The position numbers and the translations under genes were made by a program. Source: Propionibacteriales bacterium (GTDB taxonomy: Bacteria > Actinomycetota > Actinomycetes > Propionibacteriales > Nocardioidaceae). From it: 40,138 nucleotides of DNA. Positions within the stretch are counted from its first letter, which is position 1. Each line of letters begins with the position of its first letter. The stretch lies in NCBI GenBank assembly GCA_009377795.1, contig WHTJ01000019.1, positions 1-40,138 of the forward strand. Direction: 5' to 3'. The notes beneath the pieces are model-generated. The model was not told the DNA's origin, searched no databases, and worked only from the letters and a program-made list of their open reading frames with translations. Positions 17,077-26,809 of this stretch are shown in pieces.

Positions 17077-19881
17077 TCAGGCCGCGGTACGGCGATAACC
17101 CGGGAGCAGCTCGTCGACCAGGGCGTCGGTCTCCGGGCTCGCTCCGCGCGGTGAGCCGTGCGCGGCGATCGCGGCGTACATGTCGTCTGCGACCGCGACC
17201 ACGTCGTCGTGTCCCGCGAACCGGCTGGCCAGCCGCAGAACGTCCCGCCAGATCTCCTCGCACGCGGGGACCATCGACAGGCCGGCCCGCAACGCCTCGC
17301 GAGCGAACACCGGATCGTTGGCCGCGGCGGCGAGCCGCCCCAGCTCCACGGCGGTGTCGACCACGACCTGGCGGATGTCGCGGAGATGTTCGGAGGTCGC
17401 GAGCCAGGTGTACCGATGAGCCGGTACGTGGTCGATGGCCTGCCCGCGGACCAGGGACATGGCCTGCGCCAGGATCATGCTCGTGTCGCCGGTACCGCGG
17501 AGCGCCTGCCGTACCAACCCCCGGAAGACGTTCCAGTCGACCCGGACCGAGGTGAGGTCGAGCACCCACCGGCCCTCCTCGTCGAGGTCGAGCCTCGGCT
17601 GGCCCGCGGCGTTCTCGCCCAGCCAGCGCTGCACGTGGCCGATCGCCGCGTTGCGCACCTCCTCGGTCACGCCGCGCGGCCAGATGGCCGCGTCGAGCAC
17701 GGCGGGATGCACGCCGTACGGATGCACTGCGATGTACGCCACGATCTCGGTCGCGAGGTCCAGGCGCTCCGGCTCGATCGGGCCGGGGGCGTTCACCGCG
17801 ACCGGACCGAGCAGTTGCACATGCACCGGCGCGTCCCGCTCGAGGTCGAGCATCTCCGGCGGCAGGTCCGGCGCGGGATCGGGCGTGCTGGGGCCATCGT
17901 CTCCGCCGGTGTCGGGTACGTCCGCGGTGCGGAACAGCTCGACCGCGCGGGAGTACGCCTCGACCGGGAGCCGCTGCGCGCGGACGTCGAGGTCGAGCAG
18001 GTGGTTGGTGAGCCGGCCCTCCCCCGAGACGACCAGTCGCCAGGGCGCGGTGACCACGTCGCCGATGGTGAGGACGCCGACCGCGTGCCGCGGGTCGCCG
18101 GCCAGCTCCGCGAGCCGCTGGGACTCCTCCTCGGTCGGAGCACCGGAGAGTACGAGGAACTGCGGCTTCCACAGGGAACGGTCCGGTCGAGCCTGACGAC
18201 CCCGGATCACGGAGTCGAGACCTTCGTGCACGCAGATGTTGTGCTGACGCTCGCGGTGCTGTTCGAGCTCGGCGAGCACCTCGTCGAGGCGATCGACCCG
18301 GCGCAGCCGGTGCGGGGCCAGCTCGGTGAGGTCGTCGCCGAACCCCACGAGCGTGACGCCCACGTCGTCGGACCACAGGTTGGTGGCCAGCTCGACCGCC
18401 ATGGAGACCGCGACGTCGCGTGCGCTCTCGACATGGCCGCCGAGCGCCACGATGCCGGGAGCGGTCTCGAGCTCCAGCATGGCGACCGTGCCGTCGTCCT
18501 CGGTGCCGACCGTGACGAGTCCGGGGTATGGCGCGAGCGTCGGCGAGGGTACGTGCATGCTTTCCGCGACCCGCTGCTCGATGCTCCATAGCCGGCCGGC
18601 GTCGTCGCTGGTCCATCCCTCCGGCGGATCCTCCGTGACCGCCGGGGACAGGGCCAGCGAGAGGGTCGTACCGTCGAGGTAGGCGGCGTAGACCGAGGGC
18701 ATGGGGCGTCCTGCCTCGTGCATCTGGTGGGCCAGCGCGCGCAGTGCCCGGTTGACGAAGGCGGCGCGCGGACCGTCGGCCGCCAGCCGCAGCGCGACCT
18801 CCTCCTCGGCGGTCGGTCCTGCGGATCCGGCGTTCCAGCCCCGGCGCCGGGCCAGGCCGGCGATCAGGCCGGCGGCCAGCAGCCCGCCGCCGACGCCGTA
18901 CTGCAGGAACCCGTCGGAGCCACCGGCCTGGGCGGCAACACCGGCCGTACCACCGGCTGTACCACCGATCGCACCGCCGATCGCGGCGCCCGCGGCGTCG
19001 ACCGACCCCGTGTACTGCTCCACGGGCGGCCCCGAGCCGGGCTTCTGCGGAGCCGGCGCCTTCTCCTCCCGGATGTGCAGCCCGGGACCCTTCGCGTCGT
19101 CGGGAAGGGCGAGCACCCATCCGGGGTAGATCAGGTCGGCTTCACGCAGTGCACGGCCGTCGGCCTGCAGGGTGCCCTGGTTGAGCCGGAAGATCTCCTT
19201 GTAGCGACGCCCGTCGCCCAGGAACCGCTCGGCGATGTCCCACAGGCTGTCGTAGTGCCGGCCCTCCGGCGGCTGCACGGTGTAGCTGATCTTCGACCCC
19301 TTCGCGGCGACCTGGGTGCTCGCCTCGGCGGCGCCCTTCGCCTGCTCCGCGGCGGGCGTCGCCAGCCGGGCCTGGGCTGGTTGGACCTGTCCTACTGTCG
19401 CGGATACGTCGGCGGCACTGGAGGTCGCGGCGGTCGCGGCCGGTACGGACACCGCCGCGGACCCCGCGAGCAGCAGCACCGAGGCCACCAGACGACGGGC
19501 GAGGGACTGTGTGCCGACGCCCCCAGCCGGAACCTGGAACCCGAGGCCGCTGGCCCGGCGCTCGGAGAACAGCTCGACGAGCACGCAGACGACGAAGTGC
19601 AGCCAGGCCAGCCAGAGCACGAAGACGAGGACGCCAACAACGGTCTCGACACCGATCTTGCCGGTCAGCCACTCCATGCTCGGCGCGCTCGAGGGCCACG
19701 GCGCACCGCCGCCGTACGTCCACAACGCCCACGGGACGCCGAAAACCAGGGCCAGGATCGCGATCAGCGACAGGACGCCTCTCAGCTTCTCGCCGCGACG
19801 ACGCCGGGGGGTTGGGTTGTACGCGGGCAGACGCGCGGCGCGCGGGTTTGTTGTCACCACGTCAGACTCCTCCTCAGTCAA
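17077..19881 (-). CDS. Large membrane protein (934 aa) with two N-terminal TM helices, a LysM domain and a C-terminal BTAD-like helical domain
   Basis: TM helices at about aa 35-60 and 75-100. LysM: ISYTVQPPEGRHYDSLWDIAERFLGDGRRYKEIFRLNQ...IYPGWVLALP. There are Gly/Ala-rich linkers. The C-terminus (RVDWNVFRGLVRQALRGTGD...LVRGQAID...REALRAGLSMVP...DMYAAIAAHG) follows the bacterial transcriptional activation domain pattern of SARP/AfsR proteins. Confidence 0.6.
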   Translation of the reverse strand: MTEEESDVVTTNPRAARLPAYNPTPRRRRGEKLRGVLSLIAILALVFGVPWALWTYGGGAPWPSSAPSMEWLTGKIGVETVVGVLVFVLWLAWLHFVVCVLVELFSERRASGLGFQVPAGGVGTQSLARRLVASVLLLAGSAAVSVPAATAATSSAADVSATVGQVQPAQARLATPAAEQAKGAAEASTQVAAKGSKISYTVQPPEGRHYDSLWDIAERFLGDGRRYKEIFRLNQGTLQADGRALREADLIYPGWVLALPDDAKGPGLHIREEKAPAPQKPGSGPPVEQYTGSVDAAGAAIGGAIGGTAGGTAGVAAQAGGSDGFLQYGVGGGLLAAGLIAGLARRRGWNAGSAGPTAEEEVALRLAADGPRAAFVNRALRALAHQMHEAGRPMPSVYAAYLDGTTLSLALSPAVTEDPPEGWTSDDAGRLWSIEQRVAESMHVPSPTLAPYPGLVTVGTEDDGTVAMLELETAPGIVALGGHVESARDVAVSMAVELATNLWSDDVGVTLVGFGDDLTELAPHRLRRVDRLDEVLAELEQHRERQHNICVHEGLDSVIRGRQARPDRSLWKPQFLVLSGAPTEEESQRLAELAGDPRHAVGVLTIGDVVTAPWRLVVSGEGRLTNHLLDLDVRAQRLPVEAYSRAVELFRTADVPDTGGDDGPSTPDPAPDLPPEMLDLERDAPVHVQLLGPVAVNAPGPIEPERLDLATEIVAYIAVHPYGVHPAVLDAAIWPRGVTEEVRNAAIGHVQRWLGENAAGQPRLDLDEEGRWVLDLTSVRVDWNVFRGLVRQALRGTGDTSMILAQAMSLVRGQAIDHVPAHRYTWLATSEHLRDIRQVVVDTAVELGRLAAAANDPVFAREALRAGLSMVPACEEIWRDVLRLASRFAGHDDVVAVADDMYAAIAAHGSPRGASPETDALVDELLPGYRRTAA

Positions 19882-19924
19882 CCCTCATGATGCACCCGGA
19901 GGGGGTCACTGCCGGGAGCTCGGC

Positions 19925-21013
19925 TTACTCGAACACCTGGTCGCGGACCTGGACCTCGCGTACCCGGATTTCGTGCTCCATGCGGGTGGTCACGATGCTG
20001 AGACTCTCGCCGTTGAGCGGCTTGGGCGGTGGCGGCTTCTCGCCCTGGGCGATCTCCCCGATGTGGTAGCCGACCCGCCAGGTGGCCCGGGCGGTGGTGG
20101 TGTAATAGCCGTCCGGCTGACCCGCGCTGGAGTGCTGGTATACCCACGAACACGTGTCGTCGAAGGTCTCGATGTCGTTCTCACCTGCCACGAACTCGTG
20201 TTTGTACTCCCGCTCGCAGTTGATCTCGTGCGGATCGCCGGTGACGTCGCTGATCTCCCCAGGTTCGATCCGCAGGTTGGCGAGTTGGGCGATCACGTAG
20301 ACCGGGTCACCGCTGTTGAAGTCGGTCCCGATCGGGACCACGAAGGGCTCGCCGACCGGCTCCGGCGTGCCGTCTGACTGCAATCGCTGGAAGCTCGCCC
20401 AGAAGAAGGTCGGGGTGCCCACGATCGGATCCGGCGTCTGGGGGCCGAAGTCGAGAAGCGGGAACGGGAACGTGCCCTGGCCCTCCGACACGTCGCCCCA
20501 GATCTCCCACATCCACGGCGGCTCCTCTTCGTACTCCTCCCAGACCCGGCGGATCTGCAGCGTGATCTTGGCGCCGCCGTCCGGGTCGTCGAGGTCGTAC
20601 CCGTCCATGCAGAACTGGATCAGCCATTCTTTGTCCGGGTCGTCGTCCAGCGGTGGCGGGTGCCGGAACCCGTCGGGTATCCGGTCGACCCGGCACGGGT
20701 CGAACCGCCGGATGCCGCCGTGTTCGTTGATGATCTCCCGCCAGGTGGGGGGTACGCAGTCGGCCGGGTTCGGCGCTTGGCATTCCCAGCCGCCGCGGGA
20801 GGCGCAACCGCCGCCGAACGCGGTCGAGGAGACGTAGGCGCTGCAGCTCGTGCCGCCGATGCTGTAGTACCCGGTGTTCTGCGTCTCGGCCTGCACCGTG
20901 GTGCACGGCTCGGACGAGCCCACGCCGCATGCCTGCGCCGGGGCCGGTACGGCGACCAGGATCACGAACGGCAGCGCGATCACCGCGAGTGCCGACACCA
21001 GCCTGCGGGTCAT
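19925..21013 (-). CDS. Secreted Cys-rich hypothetical protein (10 Cys). The GTG at 21070 is an alternative start.
   Basis: From the internal ATG the protein begins MTRRLVSALAVIALPFVILVAVPAPAQA (Sec signal, AQA cleavage site). The body is acidic and W-rich with 10 cysteines. It is tightly linked to tad genes. Confidence 0.55.
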   Translation of the reverse strand: MTRRLVSALAVIALPFVILVAVPAPAQACGVGSSEPCTTVQAETQNTGYYSIGGTSCSAYVSSTAFGGGCASRGGWECQAPNPADCVPPTWREIINEHGGIRRFDPCRVDRIPDGFRHPPPLDDDPDKEWLIQFCMDGYDLDDPDGGAKITLQIRRVWEEYEEEPPWMWEIWGDVSEGQGTFPFPLLDFGPQTPDPIVGTPTFFWASFQRLQSDGTPEPVGEPFVVPIGTDFNSGDPVYVIAQLANLRIEPGEISDVTGDPHEINCEREYKHEFVAGENDIETFDDTCSWVYQHSSAGQPDGYYTTTARATWRVGYHIGEIAQGEKPPPPKPLNGESLSIVTTRMEHEIRVREVQVRDQVFE

Positions 21014-21612
21014 TGTCGGTCCTCTCCGCAGGCTGACTGCTGGTAACCGCGGGTCTGCTCTACGCGCCACTTGCCGGACTCCTTGACCAGATTCACGTTG
21101 TAGTCGATGTAGCCGTCGGCGGCCTTCTTTTTCACCGGCAGCCCAGTGCTGGCATCCAGCACCTGCGCCGACACCGCGGCCATGCAGATGTCCACGTTGG
21201 ACCCCTTCACCCGCAGGACGCGCGCCTGTGACAGATTGTGCACAACCTGCCCCTTCCGCGCCAGCTCCGCGATGGTGTCCTGGAACTCCGACTCCGCCCG
21301 GCCGGTCATGAGCCTATCCAGCCGTCGGGTCACCTTGCCCCGGGCGTACGCCTCCCACAGCTCCTCGTAGAACCGGGCGGCGGTCTCCGCCTTCCGGTTG
21401 CCGGAGTACTCTCCGCGGTCGATCACCTCCGGCGGGCGATTACCCCCGCCACCCTGTGCGGCGTCCGGAAGGTCCGGCGTGACCGAATCCGGCGTCGCGC
21501 CGCCCTGGGCCGCGACCTCTCCGCCGGAGTCGCCGCCGATCAGCCCGCAGCCGCCGAGCACCAGCACGGCCGCGATCCCCAGCGCGCCCGTGCATGCCTC
21601 GAGGCGGCGCAT
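21010..21612 (-). CDS. Lipoprotein of unknown function
   Basis: The signal peptide has lipobox LVLGGC. It is 200 aa, and its C-terminal half resembles small SnoaL/DUF4878-like periplasmic folds (weak). It has a stop/start overlap with the downstream gene. Confidence 0.55.
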   Translation of the reverse strand: MRRLEACTGALGIAAVLVLGGCGLIGGDSGGEVAAQGGATPDSVTPDLPDAAQGGGGNRPPEVIDRGEYSGNRKAETAARFYEELWEAYARGKVTRRLDRLMTGRAESEFQDTIAELARKGQVVHNLSQARVLRVKGSNVDICMAAVSAQVLDASTGLPVKKKAADGYIDYNVNLVKESGKWRVEQTRGYQQSACGEDRQ

Positions 21613-22463
21613 CAGGGGCCGTTCCCCGGAGGATCATCTGGCCCCTGGCGTGGACGGCAGTTGTCCCTGCGTGGTCGTTCCCCTACGTCGCACTCGGGCG
21701 GTTTGCCGTCGACCCAGAGCAGTCCGTTCGGGCACTGCGCGTAAATCGGCTGCTCGCCTCGCGCCTCCTCGACCTCGTCATCGCTGTTGAACGGCTCCTG
21801 CGGGCAGACCGGCAACGGGTCGCAGCCGAGCACGCGGCGAGGCACGACGTCTTCAGGAAAGGTGTAGAAGAACGGGTGCAGCTCGGGTGGTGCATCCGGC
21901 CACGGCGTTCCACTGCCACACTCGTTGTCGGGGTCCGCGGTGGGGATGCGGCCGATCCGGATGTCGTCGTTCTCCAGCACGGTGGTGTCCACGCCGCCGC
22001 CCCGGGAGCCGTCGCCGGGCTCGAGGATGCCGATCTCCGCGACCGCGGACGCGTTCGTGGTCGCGGTCATGGTCTCGGACGTGATGCCGGGGATGATGCC
22101 GAGCAGTCCCGGCTGGATGCTGGTGGTGATGGCGACCTCGACCTCGCCGGTCGCCGCGTTGACGATCCTGGCCGTGCAGTCGGTCACCCGGTCGTCCTGC
22201 TGCAGGATCTCGGCGCAGTACGCGTCAACGTCGGCGGCGGCCATCCCGGTGTCGAGCTCCGGCTCGCCGGTGTCGAAGTTCATCGCCTGGCCCATCACCC
22301 GGGCGCCCTCCTCGGCGTACGCCTGACCGGTCGACCGCGCATTGAGGAAGCGCGCTCCGTCGATCACCAGACCGCCGAGGAAGAACAGCACGACGATCAT
22401 CGCGGCGGTCGCCGGTGCCAGCGAGCCGCGCTCGCCGCGTCTTGGAGTCCCGAACACGACCAT
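21612..22463 (-). CDS. tadG: TadG-like pilus assembly protein (TadE-like N-terminal domain plus a Cys-rich C-terminal extension)
   Basis: N-terminus RRGERGSLAPATAAMIVVLFFLGGLVIDGARF is the TadE/TadG pseudopilin motif. It is 283 aa with 9 cysteines in a Pro-rich tail. Confidence 0.6.
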   Translation of the reverse strand: MVVFGTPRRGERGSLAPATAAMIVVLFFLGGLVIDGARFLNARSTGQAYAEEGARVMGQAMNFDTGEPELDTGMAAADVDAYCAEILQQDDRVTDCTARIVNAATGEVEVAITTSIQPGLLGIIPGITSETMTATTNASAVAEIGILEPGDGSRGGGVDTTVLENDDIRIGRIPTADPDNECGSGTPWPDAPPELHPFFYTFPEDVVPRRVLGCDPLPVCPQEPFNSDDEVEEARGEQPIYAQCPNGLLWVDGKPPECDVGERPRRDNCRPRQGPDDPPGNGP

Positions 22464-22906
22464 CAGTAAACCCCCCGGTTGGGGTCAAGGCGACTGGTGA
22501 AGGACTTCGTGATCTCGTGATCGCTCAGGCCGGGCAGCATCAGGTCGGAGTACGACACAGTGCAGGTGTAGGTCACGGTGATGAAGGCGCCGCGGACGAA
22601 GGCCTCGACCCCGCTCGCGCCCTCGAATCTCACCGACGGTTCCAGCGTGTCGCCGCACGAGTCGGGGAGCTGGGCGGCGGCCTGGTCCCGTACGCTCTGG
22701 ATGGCCCCGGTCATCGCCGGCTCGCTGCGGGCCTGGGTGGCCGTACGCGCGGAGTCGCGGGCCGCCTGCTCCACCAGCCCGCTGACCTGGCCGAAACGAC
22801 CGAACGCCATGAACAAGAAGAACAACATCAGCATGATCGGCGCGATGATGGTCAGCTCGAGGGCCAGCGACCCCCGCTCCCGCCGCGATCTCCCGAGCCG
22901 GCTCAT
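22463..22906 (-). CDS. tadE: TadE family pseudopilin
   Basis: The N-terminal RRERGSLALELTIIAPIMLMLFFLFMAFG is the TadE-like motif. 147 aa. Confidence 0.7.
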   Translation of the reverse strand: MSRLGRSRRERGSLALELTIIAPIMLMLFFLFMAFGRFGQVSGLVEQAARDSARTATQARSEPAMTGAIQSVRDQAAAQLPDSCGDTLEPSVRFEGASGVEAFVRGAFITVTYTCTVSYSDLMLPGLSDHEITKSFTSRLDPNRGVY

Positions 22907-22916
22907 GGATGCCCCC

Positions 22917-23348
22917 TCACTGTCCCAGGTCCGGCTCGAAGCGCTCGACCTCGCCCGAGGCCTCGCGTGTGACCGAGAGATCGTACAGCGGTCCGAGCAG
23001 GCTCAACGCATCCCCGCTGACCGTCACCGTGACCCGCTGCGGCCGGTAGTCGACGGCGACGCCCTCGGAGCCGCCCTTGAGTGAGAAGGTGGTCTGGCCG
23101 ACGGCGCTGACGTACTCCTCGACGTACGCGCGAATCCTGGCCTCGCCCCCCACCCGTTCGTACTCTTCCCGGTTGAGTAGCCGGACGTCCGCGACTCCCT
23201 CACGCGCCGCCGACACCGCGACGTTGCTCGCGTAGAAGTACAGCGCGGACTGGATGACCAGGAAGATGAGTGCCAGGAAGAAGGGCGCGACGAGCGAGAG
23301 CTCGAGCGCACTCGCGCCACGCTCCGTACGTTCGCCTCGACTGCGCAC
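22917..23348 (-). CDS. tadE: TadE family pseudopilin (second copy)
   Basis: N-terminal GERTERGASALELSLVAPFFLALIFLVIQSALYFY. 143 aa. Confidence 0.7.
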   Translation of the reverse strand: MRSRGERTERGASALELSLVAPFFLALIFLVIQSALYFYASNVAVSAAREGVADVRLLNREEYERVGGEARIRAYVEEYVSAVGQTTFSLKGGSEGVAVDYRPQRVTVTVSGDALSLLGPLYDLSVTREASGEVERFEPDLGQ

Positions 23349-23363
23349 GGTCCTAGCGCGCGA

Positions 23364-23585
23364 TCAGCAGACCGCGCCGGTGCAGTTCTCGAGCCGGCCG
23401 GACTGCTCGGTCACCTTCTGGTACACGGCGTTGCCGATGAAGACTGCCGCGAGTACCAGGATGGCGGAGATGATCGCCCACTCCAGCGCGGATGCACCGA
23501 GGTCCTTGCCTTCGGTGCGCTTCGCCGCGTCCATGCGACCGCGGGCGATCCACCACATCGTCCGCGCTGCCATCAACTGCGTCAT
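23364..23585 (-). CDS. flp: Flp family type IVb prepilin
   Basis: 73 aa. The leader ends ...KDLG|ASALEWAIISAILVLAAVFIG, matching the Flp G/(A,S)TAIEY-like processing site and hydrophobic core. A strong SD (gggagg) lies 8 nt upstream of the ATG at 23585. Confidence 0.75.
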   Translation of the reverse strand: MTQLMAARTMWWIARGRMDAAKRTEGKDLGASALEWAIISAILVLAAVFIGNAVYQKVTEQSGRLENCTGAVC

Positions 23586-23671
23586 GCGAGGGGCCTCCCG
23601 AGCCTCGACGGTGTGCGGTTCGTTCCGTCACACCCGTGTGGTCCGCCTTCCTTACGTATGACGAGACGGAC

Positions 23672-23712
23672 CGGTAGCGATTTTATGACTCCGCATCGCA
23701 TCATGACATGAT
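23672..23712 (-). promoter_or_regulatory. Candidate flp promoter in an AT-rich island
   Basis: The minus strand reads ...tgtcatgatgcgatgcggagtcaTAAAATcg, with an actinobacterial -10 TANNNT (TAAAAT) and a weak -35 TGTCAT 17 nt upstream. Local AT content is unusual for this genome, and the site would leave an ~80-nt leader. Confidence 0.3.
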
Positions 23713-24600
23713 CGCCACCGTCGCGGGGTATGCGAGAAACAGCAGGAATGCCGCACACAGCATCAATTGGGCCACGAGCATCGACTGTGACCGCTCCCCC
23801 GCCTTTCCCTCGACGTTGGCCAGTTCCTTGCGGCGCAGGCTCTCGGCGCGCGCCATCAGCGAGGCGCGGATCTTCGCGCCCTCGTCGCCGGCGAGGGCGA
23901 GGGCGGACGCGAGATCCCGCAACTCCTCGATATCGAGCTCCAGACCGAGCCGCGCGATCCCTTCCCATGGGGTGATCCCGACCAGCCGCGCGTTGCTCAG
24001 GGACTGCCGGATCCGCGCCATGGCCCAGTGGTCGCCGATCGTGGACGCGGTCATCAGCGCCTCGGGGAGACCGCGTCCGCCGGAGAGGTTCATCGCGACC
24101 AGGTCGAGGAAGGAGCCCACGACATGCCGGAAGTCCCGGCGCAGCGCCTCGGCCTGGGAGTGCAGCCGGAGGTCCGGTACGTAGAAGCCGAACAGCGCCG
24201 CGAAGATGCCCACGATCACGCTGGACATGGACCCCTGGCCGATCAGCAGCAGCACCACCGGCGTGGCCACGAACGCGGCCAGCCCAATCAGCACCTTGGT
24301 GGCCAGATGGCTGCCGAACGAGCGGTTCAGCACCGCCAGGTCGGACCGGATCCGGGTGAGCTTCCAGCCATGAGCGGCCGCCTCGGCCTCGAGTCGCGCT
24401 CCCAGTCCGGAGTGCACGCGCCCGAACGAGTCCAGCGGCGACGAGTCGGCCTCGCTCCGCGTGGCCGGGACCTGGCCCCTCCGGCCGGCGTCGATTCGGG
24501 CCAGCGTCGCCGCGACACCGGGCTCGGACCGCCAGAACATGCGGACGAGCAGGAAAAGCCCGAAGCCGGCGACACCGCCGAAGAGGATCGCGGCCGTCAT
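23701..24600 (-). CDS. tadC: TadC (type II secretion system F-family inner-membrane platform protein)
   Basis: 299 aa starting MTAAILFGG. The ATG overlaps the tadB stop (ATGA). The TM/cytoplasmic pattern is typical of TadC/GspF. The track's 666-aa ORF is upstream read-through in the same frame. Confidence 0.75.
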   Translation of the reverse strand: MTAAILFGGVAGFGLFLLVRMFWRSEPGVAATLARIDAGRRGQVPATRSEADSSPLDSFGRVHSGLGARLEAEAAAHGWKLTRIRSDLAVLNRSFGSHLATKVLIGLAAFVATPVVLLLIGQGSMSSVIVGIFAALFGFYVPDLRLHSQAEALRRDFRHVVGSFLDLVAMNLSGGRGLPEALMTASTIGDHWAMARIRQSLSNARLVGITPWEGIARLGLELDIEELRDLASALALAGDEGAKIRASLMARAESLRRKELANVEGKAGERSQSMLVAQLMLCAAFLLFLAYPATVAIMS

Positions 24601-25511
24601 CGGGTCATCTCCACGGTCTCGGCGGCCACGTCGGCCTCCTGGTGCCGCTTGCTCTGCACCAGGAACCGCTCGGGCACCTCCACCCCGGCCAGCCTCCGCA
24701 GCCACATGATCCCGGCGGCGAAGATCCCGATGCACACCATCAGCATGAGCTGGCCGTTCGCGGTGTCGTACGGCTCCAGGTACCTCTCGTTGAACAGGAC
24801 GAGGAGCGCCGCGACACCCAGCGTGATCCCCACGACGACCTGCACGCTGCGGCGGGTGCTGCGGCGCTCGGCCTCCACCTTGCGGCGAAGGTCGAGCTCC
24901 TCGCGCGCGGACTCGGCCAGCGACGACAGCACCTCGCGCAGGCCGGGTCCACGAAGCCTGGCGTTGAGGACCAGCGCAGCGACGATAAGGTCGGCCGACG
25001 CGTCGTCCAGGTCGTCGGCGAACTTCAGCATCGCCTCGTGCATCGGCTCGCGGATCCGCAGCCGGTCCACCAACAAGTTGAGGTGCGGACGGATGCTCGG
25101 CGAGGCGTTGATCGCGGTCGCCGGGATCGCCTGTTCGAGCCCCACCGCACCCGCGATGGTGTCGCGCAGCGCCTCCGTCCACGACGCGAGCCCGTCGAGG
25201 CGCTCGATCTGGGCGCGCTCGGCGGCGGCGCCGCCGAAGATTCGGTCCCAGAACGCCGCCAGCAGGCCGAGGGCCACGGCGAGCACCGGCCACTGGGTCG
25301 CGACCAGCACAACCAGACCCGCCGCACCTCCGAGCAGCAACCGCCGGGCGGACTCGCCGAGCGTCCTCTGGTAGTTGGACCACCCCCCCGGCCTGGCGGG
25401 GTCGCGTGGCGGCAGCCCGCGGATCGCGATGATCAGCAGCCAGACCCCGGCGCCCACCACGGCGCCGATCAGCATGATGAGGAGATAGTCCGGGGTCAGC
25501 ATCAGGCCCAC
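24597..25511 (-). CDS. tadB: TadB (type II secretion system F-family platform protein)
   Basis: 304 aa with an N-terminal TM, a cytoplasmic helical domain and C-terminal TMs. It overlaps tadA by 10 nt. Confidence 0.75.
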   Translation of the reverse strand: MGLMLTPDYLLIMLIGAVVGAGVWLLIIAIRGLPPRDPARPGGWSNYQRTLGESARRLLLGGAAGLVVLVATQWPVLAVALGLLAAFWDRIFGGAAAERAQIERLDGLASWTEALRDTIAGAVGLEQAIPATAINASPSIRPHLNLLVDRLRIREPMHEAMLKFADDLDDASADLIVAALVLNARLRGPGLREVLSSLAESAREELDLRRKVEAERRSTRRSVQVVVGITLGVAALLVLFNERYLEPYDTANGQLMLMVCIGIFAAGIMWLRRLAGVEVPERFLVQSKRHQEADVAAETVEMTR

Positions 25512-26809
25512 TGCCCGTGTACGAGCGGCCGGTACCCGGCCTCCTGCAGCTCCGCGATGGCCTGCATCGGCGCGTGCGGTACGGCCCGGCCGTCCGGCCC
25601 GGGTGCGAACACCTCGCCGGACAGGACCCGCTCGTCGATGCCGGTGACCTCGCGGATGCTCTCGACGATGCGCACCATGCCGCCTCCCTGGCTGTATTCA
25701 TTGCGCTTGCGCATGAACACCACGAAGTCCAGTGAGCCCGCGATCAGCATGTGGGTGGCCTGGATCGGGAGCCGCTCGCGGGACTGGATCGCGTACGTGC
25801 TGATCCGGTTGAAGACCTCCATGGACGAGTTCGCGTGAATCGTCGACAGCGAGCCGTCGTTGCCCTGGCTCATGGCGTTGAGCATGGTGACGATCTCGTC
25901 GCCCAGGACCTCACCCACGATGACCCGGCTCGGGTTCATCCGCAGCGAGCGGCGTACCAGGTCGGACATCGAGACCCCGCCCACGCCCTCGGAGTTAGGC
26001 AGTCGCTCCTCGAAGGAGACGACGTTCGGGTGCAGATCCGGGAACTCACCGAGGCCCACCTCGAGCGCTCGCTCCACGGTCACCAGGCGCTCCACGGGCG
26101 GGATCTCGTTGGCCAGCGCGCGCAGGAGCGTGGTCTTCCCGGCGTTGGTCGCCCCGGCGATCATGAGGTTCTTGCGGGCTGTCACCGCCGCGCGCAGGAA
26201 CTCCGCGATCTCCGGGGTCATCGTGCCGTTGGCGACCAGGTCGGTGAGGAACACCTTGCCCATACGCGCCTTGCGGACCGACACCGACGGACGCGCGCAT
26301 ACGCCCATCACGGCCGAGAGTCTCGATCCGTCGGGCAACCGCAGGTCCAATTGCGGGTTGGCGGAGTCGAACGGGCGGCTGGAGAGACCGGCGTGTGACG
26401 CCAGGACCTGGATCAGGTCGACCAGCTCCTCGTCGGACTCGGCGACCGGCGGGTGCACCACCTCGCGACCGTCGCCGTACTGCACGAACACCTGGTCGCA
26501 GCCGTTGATGTCGATGTTCTCGACCTCGGGGTCGTCGATCAGCGGCTGCAGGCGTCCGACCCCGAACAGCGCGGAGTGGACCGCGGTGGCGAGTGCGGCC
26601 TCGTCGTCCGAGCTGGCCGGTGTGCGCCCGGAGGCGATCTCGGTACGGGCGTGGTCCTCGAGTACCTGCACGATCAGCGATCGCGCGAACTCCCGCTCGT
26701 CCTCGACGGTCATCGCGGGGTAGCCGTTGACCTGGTCGCGGCGGCGTTGCTCGTTGAGTCGGTCGGCGACCTGCACGCGTAGCTGGCGTACGAGTTCGTG
26801 ATCAGTCAT
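25502..26809 (-). CDS. tadA: TadA/CpaF secretion ATPase (type II/IV secretion NTPase family)
   Basis: Walker A GATNAGKTT, Asp box, Walker B SRVIVGEV, and His box TIHANS. Confidence 0.9.
   Translation of the reverse strand: MTDHELVRQLRVQVADRLNEQRRRDQVNGYPAMTVEDEREFARSLIVQVLEDHARTEIASGRTPASSDDEAALATAVHSALFGVGRLQPLIDDPEVENIDINGCDQVFVQYGDGREVVHPPVAESDEELVDLIQVLASHAGLSSRPFDSANPQLDLRLPDGSRLSAVMGVCARPSVSVRKARMGKVFLTDLVANGTMTPEIAEFLRAAVTARKNLMIAGATNAGKTTLLRALANEIPPVERLVTVERALEVGLGEFPDLHPNVVSFEERLPNSEGVGGVSMSDLVRRSLRMNPSRVIVGEVLGDEIVTMLNAMSQGNDGSLSTIHANSSMEVFNRISTYAIQSRERLPIQATHMLIAGSLDFVVFMRKRNEYSQGGGMVRIVESIREVTGIDERVLSGEVFAPGPDGRAVPHAPMQAIAELQEAGYRPLVHGQWA

Noticed and set aside
17051-19120. 689-aa minus-strand ORF in an alternate frame of the LysM-BTAD gene
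   Set aside because: Extremely Arg/Gly/Pro-rich (RRRGRR... runs). It is an alternate-frame artefact of the high-GC coding sequence.
23701-25701. 666-aa ORF as a single giant TadC
   Set aside because: The upstream 367 codons are uninterrupted read-through in the tadC frame across the tadB gene, and their translation is low-complexity Arg/Pro-rich. The real tadC begins at the ATG overlapping the tadB stop.
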